Of a stretch of DNA of 64,000 nucleotides, positions 40,116-50,701 are shown piece after piece. The notes under the pieces were generated by a model. The model was not told the DNA's origin. It made no database searches and was given only the letters and a program-made list of their open reading frames with translations. Numbering within the stretch: position 1 is the first letter of the stretch; each line of letters opens with the position of its first letter. The DNA comes from Nocardioides sp. (lineage in GTDB: Bacteria > Actinomycetota > Actinomycetes > Propionibacteriales > Nocardioidaceae), in assembly GCF_047602075.1 (NCBI RefSeq), contig NZ_JASGIF010000002.1, positions 1,322,609 through 1,386,608 of the forward strand, read 5' to 3'. The translations under genes were made by a program, and so were the position numbers.

Positions 40116-40769
40116 ATGACGTCCACTCTCGGGACTCCGGCACCGACGCCGGCGGTGCGCCCTCGACGGCCGGGTTGGCGCGACCCGCGGCTCTGGCTCG
40201 GCGTCGCGATCGTGGCCGTCTCAGTGCTCGCCGGAGCCAGGTTGCTCGCGCGGGCCGACGACACCGTCCCCGTGTGGGCGGTCACCGCCGACCACGCACC
40301 CGGTGACACCTTGACCGAGGCCGACCTCACCGCCGTCCGGGTGCGGTTCGACTCCGACGCCGACCTGGACCGCTATCTCGGTGTCAGCCACGAGTTCCCG
40401 GGCGACATGCATCTGATCCGCGCGCTGGGCGCGGGTGAGCTGGTGCCTCTCAGCGCGTTGGGCGCAGACGACGGGGACCCGCTGCTCACGGTGCCGCTGG
40501 CGCTGCCTGCTCTCGGCGTACCGCCCGGCTTGGATGCCGGTTCGCGAGTGGACGTGTGGGTGACCGCCGAGAGCCGGAGTGGCCGGGTCGTCGCTCGGCC
40601 GGTCCTGCGTGACGTCGTGATCCTGGCGGCTCCCGCCTCCGCCGACGGGTTCGGCGCGACCGGCGATCGTCAACTCGTGCTCGGCGTGGATCCGATCCAG
40701 GAGAAGGCGCTGGGCCGAGTGCTGGCGGCGGCTGGCGACGCCGGGATCACCGTCATCGGCCGGGACTGA
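40116..40769 (+). CDS. SAF-domain/CpaB-like pilus assembly protein
   Basis: PGWRDPRLWLG TM, SAF-like VWAV...GDTL, GSRVDVW. Confidence 0.8.
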   Translation: MTSTLGTPAPTPAVRPRRPGWRDPRLWLGVAIVAVSVLAGARLLARADDTVPVWAVTADHAPGDTLTEADLTAVRVRFDSDADLDRYLGVSHEFPGDMHLIRALGAGELVPLSALGADDGDPLLTVPLALPALGVPPGLDAGSRVDVWVTAESRSGRVVARPVLRDVVILAAPASADGFGATGDRQLVLGVDPIQEKALGRVLAAAGDAGITVIGRD

Positions 40770-40776
40770 GCCGGCC

Positions 40777-42021
40777 ATGATCTGCGTGCTGGTGGTCGCT
40801 GCGGGCGCCTCCTGGGAGGCAGCGGTGCTGGGCTCCGTTGCCGGGCACCGAGACCTGGCCGTCCTCAAACGCTGTGTCGATATCGACGACCTGCTCGCCT
40901 CCGCTGCCGCGGGACAGGCGGATGCCGCGGTGATCTCGGTGGACGCGCCCGGCCTGGATGCCACCAGTGTCGACCAACTACGTCGGCAGCAGGTTCGTCC
41001 GATCGGTGTCGTCGACCCCGGACCTGCCGGAGACCAAGGCCGAGCCCACGCCAACCGGATCGGCATCCAAGCCATCGTCGAGACCGACGCCCTGGCCCAC
41101 CTTCCCGCAGTGCTCCTCGACGACGATCCGGATCCGCCACGATCCATCGCGGCCGATGACCTGGCAGAGACCGGGGGAGCCGAAGATGGTCCGGTGATCA
41201 CGGTCTGGGGAGCCCAGGGGGCCCCGGGTCGCACCACTATCGCCTCGGCGATCGCCGCGGAGGTGGCTCATCGGACGGGCGCGACGACCCTGGTGGACGC
41301 CGACCCCTACGGCGGTGCCGTGGCCCAGCAACTGGGTGTTCTCGACGAGGTCTCGGGGCTGCTGGCGGCGGCTCGACTGGCATCCACCGGCAGCCTCGCC
41401 GAGCGGGTGGCCGGTGTTCCGCGCGATGTCGGCGGTGGACTGGCCGTGGTCACCGGGCTCCCTCGGGCAGATCGGTGGGTCGAGATGCGACCGGGTGCCC
41501 TGGAGACGCTGCTGGAGGCCCTGCGTCCGCGCGGCCCGGTGGTCGTCGACACCGGCTTCTGCCTGGAGCCCGATCCTTCCGCGGAGCTCGCGGGGCGGCC
41601 TTCTCGCAACGGGCTCACCTTGGCAGCGCTCGGCACGGCCGACCAGGTGGTGGTGGTCGGGGCGCCTGACCCGGTCGGACTCTCCCGCCTGGCTCGAGGT
41701 CTGGTGGATCTGCGGGAGTCGGTTGGACCGCGGTCGGTGTGGGTGGTCGTCAACCGGCAGCGCGCCAGCCTGGGCTGGTCCGAGGCGGATGTCATCTCGA
41801 TGGTGCGTGGCTTCGGCCGGGTCGCCGAGGTCTACTTCTTCCCTGACGACCCGATCGTGGATCGTGCCCTGGTGTCCGGGCGCACGATCGTCGAGGTGGG
41901 CGACTCGCCGCTGCGCCAGGCCGTCGGCCGCCTGGTCACCGACCTGGTGCCGCCCTCTCAGGCATCGGCGAACGGTCGCCGGATCAAGCGGCGCGCGGCG
42001 GGTCGGGGTCGCCGGGGCTAG
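40777..42021 (+). CDS. CpaE/TadZ-like ATPase (receiver-like + MinD/ParA domain)
   Basis: Deviant P-loop GAQGAPGRTT, LVDADPYGG, VVDTG. Confidence 0.8.
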   Translation: MICVLVVAAGASWEAAVLGSVAGHRDLAVLKRCVDIDDLLASAAAGQADAAVISVDAPGLDATSVDQLRRQQVRPIGVVDPGPAGDQGRAHANRIGIQAIVETDALAHLPAVLLDDDPDPPRSIAADDLAETGGAEDGPVITVWGAQGAPGRTTIASAIAAEVAHRTGATTLVDADPYGGAVAQQLGVLDEVSGLLAAARLASTGSLAERVAGVPRDVGGGLAVVTGLPRADRWVEMRPGALETLLEALRPRGPVVVDTGFCLEPDPSAELAGRPSRNGLTLAALGTADQVVVVGAPDPVGLSRLARGLVDLRESVGPRSVWVVVNRQRASLGWSEADVISMVRGFGRVAEVYFFPDDPIVDRALVSGRTIVEVGDSPLRQAVGRLVTDLVPPSQASANGRRIKRRAAGRGRRG

Positions 42022-42130
42022 GCGAACCACTGATCGCTTCCCCCGTGCCGCAGCGTCGTCATGCCAGAATCTCTGACGGTCGGATCTCGCCGCCCTTGTT
42101 GTGAGGAGAGTCCATGAGCACGGAGCCCTG

Positions 42131-43558
42131 GTGTTGATCGAGCGGCTGCGTGCGCGGGACCTCAAGCTCCTGGCCTGGGAGGCGCCGACCACCCCCCTGC
42201 ACAACGCCACCGTCGAGATCTTCGACCCGGAGGGCTCGGGTTTCGACTACGCACAGCTGGTCGACCTGATCGCGGACCGGATCGCGTTCGTGCCCCGCTA
42301 TCGGCAGCGGCTCCAGCCCGTGCCGGGCAACCTGGCGAACCCGGTCTGGGTGGACGACCCCGACTTCGAGCTCGGCTACCACGTCCGGCGCTCCGCGCTG
42401 CCACGACCGGGCAACCTCGATCAGCTCCGTGAGCTGGTCGCGCGGATCGTCTCGCGTCCGCTCGACCGCAGCAGACCGCTGTGGGAGGTCTACTTCGTCG
42501 AGGGCCTCGAGGGTGGCCGGGTGGCGGTGTTGTCGAAGTCCCACGAGATCCTGGTCGACGGGGTGGAGACCGTGGACCTCGGCCAGGTGTTGCTCGACGT
42601 CGCACCCGATCCCAAGCGAGTCGCCCAGGACGACTGGGCCCCGCGCCGGCGGCCCGGCTCGGTGAACCTGATGCTGGACGCGCTCCACGACTCGGTGCGC
42701 GACCCACGGGTGCTGGCCTCCAACGTGCGCGGCCGGCTCGCGGGCGCCGGTCGCTCGATGGCGTCGACCGTCCAACGCACCGGGGACGTGATCAGCCTGC
42801 TGTCGAACCGACGCTCGCCCTGGGACTCGCCGGTGACCGGCCATCTGTCCCAGCAGCGTCGGTTCGTGGCCCTGCGGACCGACCTTGCCGACTATCGCGC
42901 AGTGCGCCAAGCCCACGGCGGCACGGTCAACGACGTCATCTTGGCGACGATCACCGGCGGACTACGTGGCTGGCTGATGGCCCGCAGCGAATCCCTCGGC
43001 GGTGTCCGCCAACTCAAGGCCGTGGTGCCGATGTCGGTGATCGACGACGAGATGGAGGCGACCTCGCTCGGGGCCCAGGTGGCCAGCCACTTCGTCGACC
43101 TGCCCATCGGCGAGCCGAGCCCGTTGGTCCGACTGCATCAGGTCTCCTACTCCTTCGAGGCGCACAGAGCGGGTGGCCGTGCGGTCGCGGCCAACCGACT
43201 CGCGGGGATCGCGGGCTTCGCGCCGACCACCTTCCACGCACTCGGGTCGCGGGTCGCGGCGGCCGAGCTGCGCCGCGGCTTCCACCTCTCGGTGACCAAC
43301 GTCCCGGGCCCGCAGTTCCCGCTCTACGCCGCCGGCGCTCGGATGACCGAGACCTATCCGGTGCCGCCGCTGCTGCCCGATCACGCCCTCGCGATCGGGG
43401 TGACGTCGTACGACGGAGCGGTGCACTACGGGATCACCGCCGACCGGGATCTGCTCCCCGATATCGACCTGCTCGGTCCCTGCTTGGCCGAGGCACTCGA
43501 GGAGTTGAAGGACACCGTGACGCCGCGGCGGCCACACGCTCGCAGGGGGCAGCGTTGA
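42131..43558 (+). CDS. Wax ester synthase/DGAT family O-acyltransferase
   Basis: LDRSRPLWEVY, variant catalytic motif SHEILVDG, TVNDVIL, VTNVPGP. Confidence 0.9.
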   Translation: MLIERLRARDLKLLAWEAPTTPLHNATVEIFDPEGSGFDYAQLVDLIADRIAFVPRYRQRLQPVPGNLANPVWVDDPDFELGYHVRRSALPRPGNLDQLRELVARIVSRPLDRSRPLWEVYFVEGLEGGRVAVLSKSHEILVDGVETVDLGQVLLDVAPDPKRVAQDDWAPRRRPGSVNLMLDALHDSVRDPRVLASNVRGRLAGAGRSMASTVQRTGDVISLLSNRRSPWDSPVTGHLSQQRRFVALRTDLADYRAVRQAHGGTVNDVILATITGGLRGWLMARSESLGGVRQLKAVVPMSVIDDEMEATSLGAQVASHFVDLPIGEPSPLVRLHQVSYSFEAHRAGGRAVAANRLAGIAGFAPTTFHALGSRVAAAELRRGFHLSVTNVPGPQFPLYAAGARMTETYPVPPLLPDHALAIGVTSYDGAVHYGITADRDLLPDIDLLGPCLAEALEELKDTVTPRRPHARRGQR

Positions 43559-43590
43559 GTGACGACAAGGCTGTCTGACAGCATCGCGAT

Positions 43591-45219
43591 ATGGATGCCA
43601 TCACCCACACCCCGACCCCGGTGAACGAGCCCAACCTCGACTACGCCCCCGGCAGCCCCGAACGCGAGACCTTGATTGCCGAGTTGGCCCGACTGGAGAA
43701 GATCCAGCACGCCTTCAAAGCGACCATCGGCGGTCGCAAGGTCGCCGGCAAGGGGGCGGAGATCCAGGTCGTCCAGCCACACGACCACCAGCACGTGCTC
43801 GGTGTGCTGCGCAGTGCGGGAGAGCCGGAGGCGAAGGCCGCCATCAAGGCGGCGACCGAAGCCGCACCGGCGTGGCGGGCGCTGCCCCTCGATGAGCGTG
43901 CCGCCGTGCTGTTGCGGGCGGCCGACCTGCTCGCCGGGCCGTGGCGCGCCAAGTTGAACGCCGCGACCATGTTGGGCCAGTCCAAGACCGCCTGGCAGGC
44001 CGAGATCGACTCCGCTTGTGAGCTGATCGACTTCTGGCGCTTCAACGCGCACTTCGCCAAGCAGATCGCGGCCGAGCAGCCGATCGCCAACTCCCGCGGC
44101 GTGTGGAACCGGTCCGACCACCGGCCGCTGGAAGGCTTCGTCTACGCGATCACCCCCTTCAACTTCACCGCGATCGCGGGCAACCTCCCGACCGCACCCG
44201 CCCTGATGGGCAACACGGTGATCTGGAAGCCGTCGACCACCCAGATGCTGGCCGCGCACTACCTGATGGAGCTGCTCGAGGAGGCGGGCCTGCCGCCCGG
44301 CGTGATCAACCTGCTGCCCGGTCACGGCGTCGAGGTGTCCGAGGTGGCCCTCCAGCACCCCGATCTGGCCGGCATCCACTTCACCGGGTCGACCGGGCTC
44401 TTCCAGCGGCTCTGGGCTCAGGTGGGCGCCAACATCGCGTCGTACCGCAGCTATCCGCGGTTGGTCGGCGAGACCGGAGGCAAGGACTTCGTGGTCGCCC
44501 ACAAGTCGGCTGATCCCGACGTGCTCCGGGTGGCGCTCATCCGCGGCGCGTTCGAGTATCAGGGCCAGAAGTGCTCGGCCGCCTCGCGCGCCTACGTCTC
44601 GCGCTCGGTCTGGAAGAAGATGGGCGAGCGGTTCCTGGCCGAGGTCGATGAGCTGGCTATGGGCGACGTCACCGACCTGAGCAACTTCATGGGGGCCGTC
44701 ATCGACGACCGCTCCTTCGCCACCCAGAAGGCGGCGATCGACCGTGCCCGCCGCAGTCGCAAGCTCACCGTCGCCGCCGGTGGGACCTACGACGACTCGG
44801 TGGGCTACTTCGTGCGTCCCACGGTGGTGCTCTCCGACGACCCGACCGACGAGATGTTCTCGACGGAGTACTTCGGACCGGTCCTGGCGATCCACGTCTT
44901 CGACGACGCCGACTTCGAGAAGGCCGTCGACCAGATGGAGGGGTTCGCGTCGTACGCCCTGACCGGCTCGATCATCGCCCGCGACCGGCGGGTCGTCGAC
45001 TGGGCGACCGAGCGGCTGCGGTTCGCTGCCGGCAACTTCTACATCAACGACAAGCCCACCGGCGCGGTGGTGGGTCAGCAGCCGTTCGGCGGCGCCCGGG
45101 CCTCAGGCACCAACGACAAGGCCGGTGCTCCGCAGAACCTGCTGCGGTGGACGTCGACCCGTTCGATCAAGGAGACGTTCGTCGCGCCGACGGACTACCG
45201 CTACCCGCACATGGGCTGA
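43591..45219 (+). CDS. pruA: L-glutamate gamma-semialdehyde (P5C) dehydrogenase
   Basis: AITPFNFTAI, FTGST, ETGGK, FEYQGQKCSA, SGTNDKAG. Confidence 0.96.
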   Translation: MDAITHTPTPVNEPNLDYAPGSPERETLIAELARLEKIQHAFKATIGGRKVAGKGAEIQVVQPHDHQHVLGVLRSAGEPEAKAAIKAATEAAPAWRALPLDERAAVLLRAADLLAGPWRAKLNAATMLGQSKTAWQAEIDSACELIDFWRFNAHFAKQIAAEQPIANSRGVWNRSDHRPLEGFVYAITPFNFTAIAGNLPTAPALMGNTVIWKPSTTQMLAAHYLMELLEEAGLPPGVINLLPGHGVEVSEVALQHPDLAGIHFTGSTGLFQRLWAQVGANIASYRSYPRLVGETGGKDFVVAHKSADPDVLRVALIRGAFEYQGQKCSAASRAYVSRSVWKKMGERFLAEVDELAMGDVTDLSNFMGAVIDDRSFATQKAAIDRARRSRKLTVAAGGTYDDSVGYFVRPTVVLSDDPTDEMFSTEYFGPVLAIHVFDDADFEKAVDQMEGFASYALTGSIIARDRRVVDWATERLRFAAGNFYINDKPTGAVVGQQPFGGARASGTNDKAGAPQNLLRWTSTRSIKETFVAPTDYRYPHMG

Positions 45220-45235
45220 CCCGACCGCTGGGTCA
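45217..45235. terminator. Short hairpin joining two convergent stop codons
   Basis: TGACCC-GACCGCT-GGGTCA; its ends are the stops of pruA and the DUF2505 gene. Confidence 0.35.
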
Positions 45236-45721
45236 CGGTGCTCCGGAGCCGTCCAACCACGTCTGCGCGAAGCGGCCGCGGGCGTCGAGCGCCCAGGTGA
45301 AGAGTTGGCCGACCATCGCCTCCAGTTTGCTGCCGAGCAGCGGGACGCTCACCTTGATGTCGCCGGTGACCGTCTCGACGGTGTCGCGGCCGCGCTCGAG
45401 AAGCGAGATTCGACCGTCCATCCGGCCCGGCTTGCCGGGGATGGTGACGAGCAAGGTCGCCAGGCCCGTGGAGGTCCAGGTCTCTCGCTGCTCGATCTCG
45501 ATCTCGGGGCCGACCAGGCTGCGGGCGGCGGCCGGGGCGAGCTCGGTCGACTGGACCTGGCGCACGTCCACCACCAAGCCGGCGACGGACTCCTCCACCC
45601 GGATGGTGTGGCGCAGCACCTGTTGGAACTCGCAGACCCGAGCCCGGAAGTCTGCGTCGGTAAGCATGGCGTGGACGGCATCGGGGGCAGCGGGATAGGT
45701 CACCTCGTGGTGGAACTTCAT
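45233..45721 (-). CDS. DUF2505 domain protein
   Basis: MKFHHEVTYPA, IEQRETW, GDIKVSVPLLGSKLE. Confidence 0.85.
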   Translation of the reverse strand: MKFHHEVTYPAAPDAVHAMLTDADFRARVCEFQQVLRHTIRVEESVAGLVVDVRQVQSTELAPAAARSLVGPEIEIEQRETWTSTGLATLLVTIPGKPGRMDGRISLLERGRDTVETVTGDIKVSVPLLGSKLEAMVGQLFTWALDARGRFAQTWLDGSGAP

Positions 45722-45822
45722 GGCGCCATCATCACCGACTCGGGGCAGGTTGGCGATGATCCGTGCCGAGGGGGATCGGCGGTTCGGTTGTTCCGTCCAG
45801 CGTGGCGTCCTACTGTCTGAGG

Positions 45823-48800
45823 GTGACGCTGAGCCTGGACGATCCACTCTCTGATCTGCTGAGCAAGGCCGCGGACCTCGCGGCCCATCGCAAGGGCAAG
45901 GGCGGGCCGCCGCCCGAGGGCGCCGTGGAGTTGCTACGCGCCTACTACCATCGCGTCGCGCCGGACGACCTGAGTGACCGCGCGGACGTCGATCTCTACG
46001 GTGCGGTGGCCTCGCACTATCGCCTGGCCGAACACCGACCCCAGGGCACCGCCCAGGTCCGGGTGTTCACGCCCAGCGTCTCCGAGAACGGCTGGTCCGC
46101 AGGCGGCCACTCGGTGATCGAGATCGTCACCGACGACATGCCGTTCCTGGTCGACTCGGTGACGATGGCGCTGGCGGCCCAGCAGCGCACCGTCCACCTC
46201 GTCGTGCACCCCGTGCTGGAGGTGCTCCGCGACGTCACCGGGGAGCTCAGGGAGGCGGCCCCCGAGATCGATGCGGGCGAGCACGGCGTCGTCGACGGGC
46301 TGGAGATCCTGGCCGAGTCCTGGATGCACGTCGAGATCGACCGGGTCAGCGACGAGCATGATCGCCAGGCGATCGAGGACGCCCTGCGGGGGGTGCTCCG
46401 CGACGTGCGGGACGCCGTCGAGGACTGGCCGCGCATGCAGACCCGGCTCCTCGACATCGTGGACGAGCTGGTCGAGGCTCCACCGGTGGGCATCGCCGCT
46501 GAGGAGCTCATTCAGAGCGTCGAGCTGCTGCGGTGGCTCGCCGACGACCACTTCGCGTTCCTCGGGTTCCGGGAGTACGACCTCGTCGAGGACGGCCCGG
46601 ATCTCCTCCTCCGCGCGTTGCCGGGCTCGGGTCTGGGCATCCTGCGCGGTGACCAGTTGCAGTCGGCGGCCTTCTCGGCTCTCCCCACCATGGTCCGGGC
46701 ACGGGCACGAGAGGCCAAGGTGCTGGTGCTCGCCAAGGCGAACTCCATGGCGACCGTGCACCGCTCGGCCTACCTGGACTACATCGGCGTCAAGCGCTTC
46801 GACGAGAACGGCACGGTGGTGGGCGAGCGGCGCTTCCTGGGCCTGTTCTCCGCCGCCACCTACACCGAGTCGGTGATGCGCATCCCGATGCTGCGCGAGA
46901 AGGTCGACGAAGTGCTGCGCCGCACCGAGACGGAGCCGCAGAGCCACGCGGGCAAGACCCTCATCAACGTCCTCGAGAACTATCCGCGAGACGAGCTCTT
47001 CCACACCCCGATCGAGGAGCTGGTGCCGATCGCGGAGCAGGTGATGATCACCCGCGAGCGTCGGCAGCTGCGTCTGTTCACCCGCCGCGACACCTATGGC
47101 CGCTACGTCTCCTGCCTGGTCTACCTGCCGCGCGACCGCTACAACACGGCGGTCCGAGAGCGGCTGGCCAACCTGCTGCGAGACGAGCTCGGTGCGGAGA
47201 CCGTCGAGTTCACCATCCGGATGAACGAGTCCTACCTCGCGCAGGTGCACTTCGTGGTGCGCCCGCGCCGCGGCGAGCTGATCCCCGAGTTCGACCTCGA
47301 CGAGTTGGAGCGCAAGCTCGCGGAGGCCTCCCGGTCCTGGCGCGACGATCTGCTCGGGGCACTCAACGCCGACTTCGGGGAGGAGCGCGCCTCCCGGCTC
47401 GCGCGCACCTATTCGGACGCCTTCCCCGAGGCCTACAAGGAGGACTTCCCGCCCCGGACAGCCTCCGTCGACGTCGGTCGACTCGAAGCGATCTCAGGTG
47501 GCGAAGGAATCGACCTCAGCCTCTACGAGCCCATCGACTCCGAGCGGGGAGAGGGTCGGCTGAAGGTCTACCGGATCGGCTCACCGCTCTCCCTGTCCCA
47601 GGTGCTGCCGATGCTCTCGTCGATGGGCGTGGAGGTCGTCGACGAGCGACCCTACGAGCTGGAGAACCTGCCTCGGCAGAGCGTGGTCTACGAGTTCGGG
47701 CTGCACCGCGCCGGCGGGATCCCCGACGCCCGCCGGCAGCTCTTCCAAGACGCCCTGGCTGCCATCTGGGGCGGGCTGAACGAGATAGACGGGTTCAACA
47801 GCCTGGTGCTCGCGGCCGGCCTCACCTGGCGGCAGGCCAGCGTGCTGCGGGCCTACGCGAAGTACATGAAGCAGGGCAACAGCCCCTTCGCGGTCGACTA
47901 CATCGAGGAGGCCCTGCGCAGCAACGTCGACATCAGCCGGATGCTGGTCCAGCTGTTCGAGGCGAGGTTCGACCCGAGTCAGGGCGGCCTGGACCACGAG
48001 GCGGAGGAGCGCACCAAGCGGGTCGAGAAGCTCCAGAAGAGCATCGGGCTCGCCCTCGACGACGTCGCCAGCCTCGACCACGACCGGATCCTGCGCTCCT
48101 ACCTGGCCCACATCACCGCCACGCTGCGCACGAACTACTTCCAGACCGCTGACGACGGAGCGGCACACCCCTACATCTGCTTCAAGCTCGAGCCGAAGGT
48201 GATCCCCGACCTGCCCGAGCCACGGCCCCGGTTCGAGGTCTTCGTCTACTCCCCACGGGTGGAGGGCGTCCACCTCAGGTTCGGCGCCGTTGCTCGCGGT
48301 GGCCTGCGCTGGTCGGACCGCCGCGACGACTTCCGCACCGAGGTGCTCGGCCTGGTCAAGGCCCAGATGGTCAAGAACTCCGTGATCGTGCCGGTCGGCG
48401 CCAAGGGCGGCTTCTTCTGCAAGCAGCTCCCCGACCCCGGCGACCGAGACGCATGGTTGGCCGAAGGCATCGCCTGCTACACGACCTTCATCAGCGGCCT
48501 GCTCGACATCACCGACAACCTGGTGGCCCAGCAGACCGTGCCGCCGCGAGACGTCGTGCGCTACGACGGCGACGACAGCTACCTGGTCGTCGCCGCCGAC
48601 AAGGGCACCGCGACCTTCTCCGACATCGCCAACGGAGTGGCCAAGGACTACGGCTTCTGGCTCGGCGACGCCTTCGCGTCCGGCGGCTCGGTGGGCTACG
48701 ACCACAAGGCGATGGGCATCACCGCGCGCGGTGCCTGGGTCTCGGTGCAGCGCCACTTCCGCGAGCGCGGCATCGACTGCCAGACTGAGGACTTCACCGC

Positions 48801-50700
48801 CGTCGGCATCGGCGACATGTCCGGCGACGTTTTCGGCAACGGCATGCTCTGCTCCGAGCACACCCGGCTGGTGGCGGCCTTCGACCACCGCGACATCTTC
48901 TTGGACCCCAACCCCGACGCCGCGACGTCGTACGCCGAGCGGCGGCGACTCTTCGAGCTACCCCGGTCGAGCTGGCAGGACTACGACCAGACCCTGATCT
49001 CGGAGGGTGGCGGGGTCTACTCCCGCGCGGCCAAGTCGATCAAGCTGACCACCCAGGTCCGCGACGCGCTCGGAATCGACCCGTCGGTGTCGCAGATGAC
49101 GCCGGCCGAGTTGATGAAGGCGATCCTGCGGGCGCCGGTCGACCTGCTCTGGAACGGCGGCATCGGCACCTACGTCAAGGCTTCCGTCGAGCAGAACTCC
49201 GACGCCGGCGACAAGGCCAACGATGCGATCCGGATCAACGGCAACGAGGTCCGCGCCAAGTGTGTGGGCGAGGGCGGCAACCTGGGTCTGACTCAGCTGG
49301 GCCGGGTGGAGTATGCCCTGGCCGGTGGTCGGATCAACACCGACTTCATCGACAACAGCGCCGGGGTCGACACCTCCGACCACGAGGTGAACATCAAGAT
49401 CCTGCTCGACAACATCGTCTCCGAAGGGGACCTGACCGAGAAGCAGCGCAACCTGCTGCTCGCAGAGATGACCGACGAGGTCGCCAGCCTGGTCCTGCGC
49501 GACAACTACGAGCAGAACCTTGCCCTCGCCAACGCCGCCGCCAACGCGCCGTCGCTGCTGCACGTCCACCAGGACTGGATGGTCAAGCTGGAGCGAGAAG
49601 GAGTCTTGAACCGCGTCCTGGAGGGGCTGCCGAGCACCAAGGAGGTCAACCAGCGGCTGGAGCGAGGGGAGGGCCTCACCGTGCCCGAGCTCAGCGTGCT
49701 GTTGTCGTGGACCAAGATCGTGCTCGCCGAAGAGCTGCTCGACTCCGATCTCCCCGACGACCCGTTCTTGCACTCCGATCTGTTCGCCTACTTCCCGACC
49801 AAGATGCAGCACACCTACCGCCAGCAGATGCTCACCCATCCGCTGAAGCGGGAGATCATCGTGACCCAGGTGGTCAACGACCTCGTCAACGGTGCCGGGA
49901 TCACCTTCTGGCCACGGCTCTCCGGCGAGACCGGGGTCTCGGCCGCCGAGCTGACCAACGCCAACTTCGTGGCGCGAGAGATCTTCGGGTCGCTGGCCAT
50001 GCGCGACGAGATCAAGCAGTTCGACAACGTGCTGGATGCTGCGGTGCAGACTCGGATGCGGGTCGAGATGCGCACGCTCGTGGAGCGGTCCAGTCGCTGG
50101 CTGGTGAACAACCGGCGCCCACCCATGGACAGCGAGGCGGTCGCCGAGTTCTTCACCGTCCCGGTCCAGCGGGTGATGGGCCAGCTGCCCGAGCTGATGA
50201 CCGGACGGGAGCTGGAGGCGTTCGAGTCGCGTCGAGACGCGCTGGTCGCCGCCCAGGTGCCCGAGGAGCTGGCCACGAAGGTGGCCGTCCTGCACCCGTC
50301 GTACATGCTGCTCAGTGTGGTCGAGACGGCCATTCGCGAGGACCTGGACCCGGCCGACGTGGGCCGGGTGCACTTTGCCCTCGGCGAGCGGCTCGGGTTG
50401 CCGGCCCTGGTCTCCCGGATCTTGGAGCTGCCTCGCGCCGACCGCTGGCAGACCATGGCCCGAGCGGCGCTTCGCGACGACTTGTACGCCGTGCACGCCC
50501 AGCTCACCGCCCAGGCGTTGACCAGCACCCCCGCCGCGGAGCCGGCCGCCGCGCGGATCGCCGACTGGGAGGAGGAGCGCGGCATCCTGGTCCAGCGTGC
50601 GGCCGAGACGCTCGAGGAGATCTGCGCCGACGACAAAGCCGACCTGGCCCGGATGTCGGTAGGTCTGCGGGTGGTCCGGGGGTTGCTGGCCGGGAGTTGA
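45823..50700 (+). CDS. gdhB: Large NAD-specific glutamate dehydrogenase
   Basis: RGGLRWSDR, VPVGAKGGF, AADKGTATFSD, GIGDMSGDVFGNG, NSAGVDTSDHEVN. Confidence 0.97.
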   Translation: MTLSLDDPLSDLLSKAADLAAHRKGKGGPPPEGAVELLRAYYHRVAPDDLSDRADVDLYGAVASHYRLAEHRPQGTAQVRVFTPSVSENGWSAGGHSVIEIVTDDMPFLVDSVTMALAAQQRTVHLVVHPVLEVLRDVTGELREAAPEIDAGEHGVVDGLEILAESWMHVEIDRVSDEHDRQAIEDALRGVLRDVRDAVEDWPRMQTRLLDIVDELVEAPPVGIAAEELIQSVELLRWLADDHFAFLGFREYDLVEDGPDLLLRALPGSGLGILRGDQLQSAAFSALPTMVRARAREAKVLVLAKANSMATVHRSAYLDYIGVKRFDENGTVVGERRFLGLFSAATYTESVMRIPMLREKVDEVLRRTETEPQSHAGKTLINVLENYPRDELFHTPIEELVPIAEQVMITRERRQLRLFTRRDTYGRYVSCLVYLPRDRYNTAVRERLANLLRDELGAETVEFTIRMNESYLAQVHFVVRPRRGELIPEFDLDELERKLAEASRSWRDDLLGALNADFGEERASRLARTYSDAFPEAYKEDFPPRTASVDVGRLEAISGGEGIDLSLYEPIDSERGEGRLKVYRIGSPLSLSQVLPMLSSMGVEVVDERPYELENLPRQSVVYEFGLHRAGGIPDARRQLFQDALAAIWGGLNEIDGFNSLVLAAGLTWRQASVLRAYAKYMKQGNSPFAVDYIEEALRSNVDISRMLVQLFEARFDPSQGGLDHEAEERTKRVEKLQKSIGLALDDVASLDHDRILRSYLAHITATLRTNYFQTADDGAAHPYICFKLEPKVIPDLPEPRPRFEVFVYSPRVEGVHLRFGAVARGGLRWSDRRDDFRTEVLGLVKAQMVKNSVIVPVGAKGGFFCKQLPDPGDRDAWLAEGIACYTTFISGLLDITDNLVAQQTVPPRDVVRYDGDDSYLVVAADKGTATFSDIANGVAKDYGFWLGDAFASGGSVGYDHKAMGITARGAWVSVQRHFRERGIDCQTEDFTAVGIGDMSGDVFGNGMLCSEHTRLVAAFDHRDIFLDPNPDAATSYAERRRLFELPRSSWQDYDQTLISEGGGVYSRAAKSIKLTTQVRDALGIDPSVSQMTPAELMKAILRAPVDLLWNGGIGTYVKASVEQNSDAGDKANDAIRINGNEVRAKCVGEGGNLGLTQLGRVEYALAGGRINTDFIDNSAGVDTSDHEVNIKILLDNIVSEGDLTEKQRNLLLAEMTDEVASLVLRDNYEQNLALANAAANAPSLLHVHQDWMVKLEREGVLNRVLEGLPSTKEVNQRLERGEGLTVPELSVLLSWTKIVLAEELLDSDLPDDPFLHSDLFAYFPTKMQHTYRQQMLTHPLKREIIVTQVVNDLVNGAGITFWPRLSGETGVSAAELTNANFVAREIFGSLAMRDEIKQFDNVLDAAVQTRMRVEMRTLVERSSRWLVNNRRPPMDSEAVAEFFTVPVQRVMGQLPELMTGRELEAFESRRDALVAAQVPEELATKVAVLHPSYMLLSVVETAIREDLDPADVGRVHFALGERLGLPALVSRILELPRADRWQTMARAALRDDLYAVHAQLTAQALTSTPAAEPAAARIADWEEERGILVQRAAETLEEICADDKADLARMSVGLRVVRGLLAGS

Positions 50701-50701
50701 G

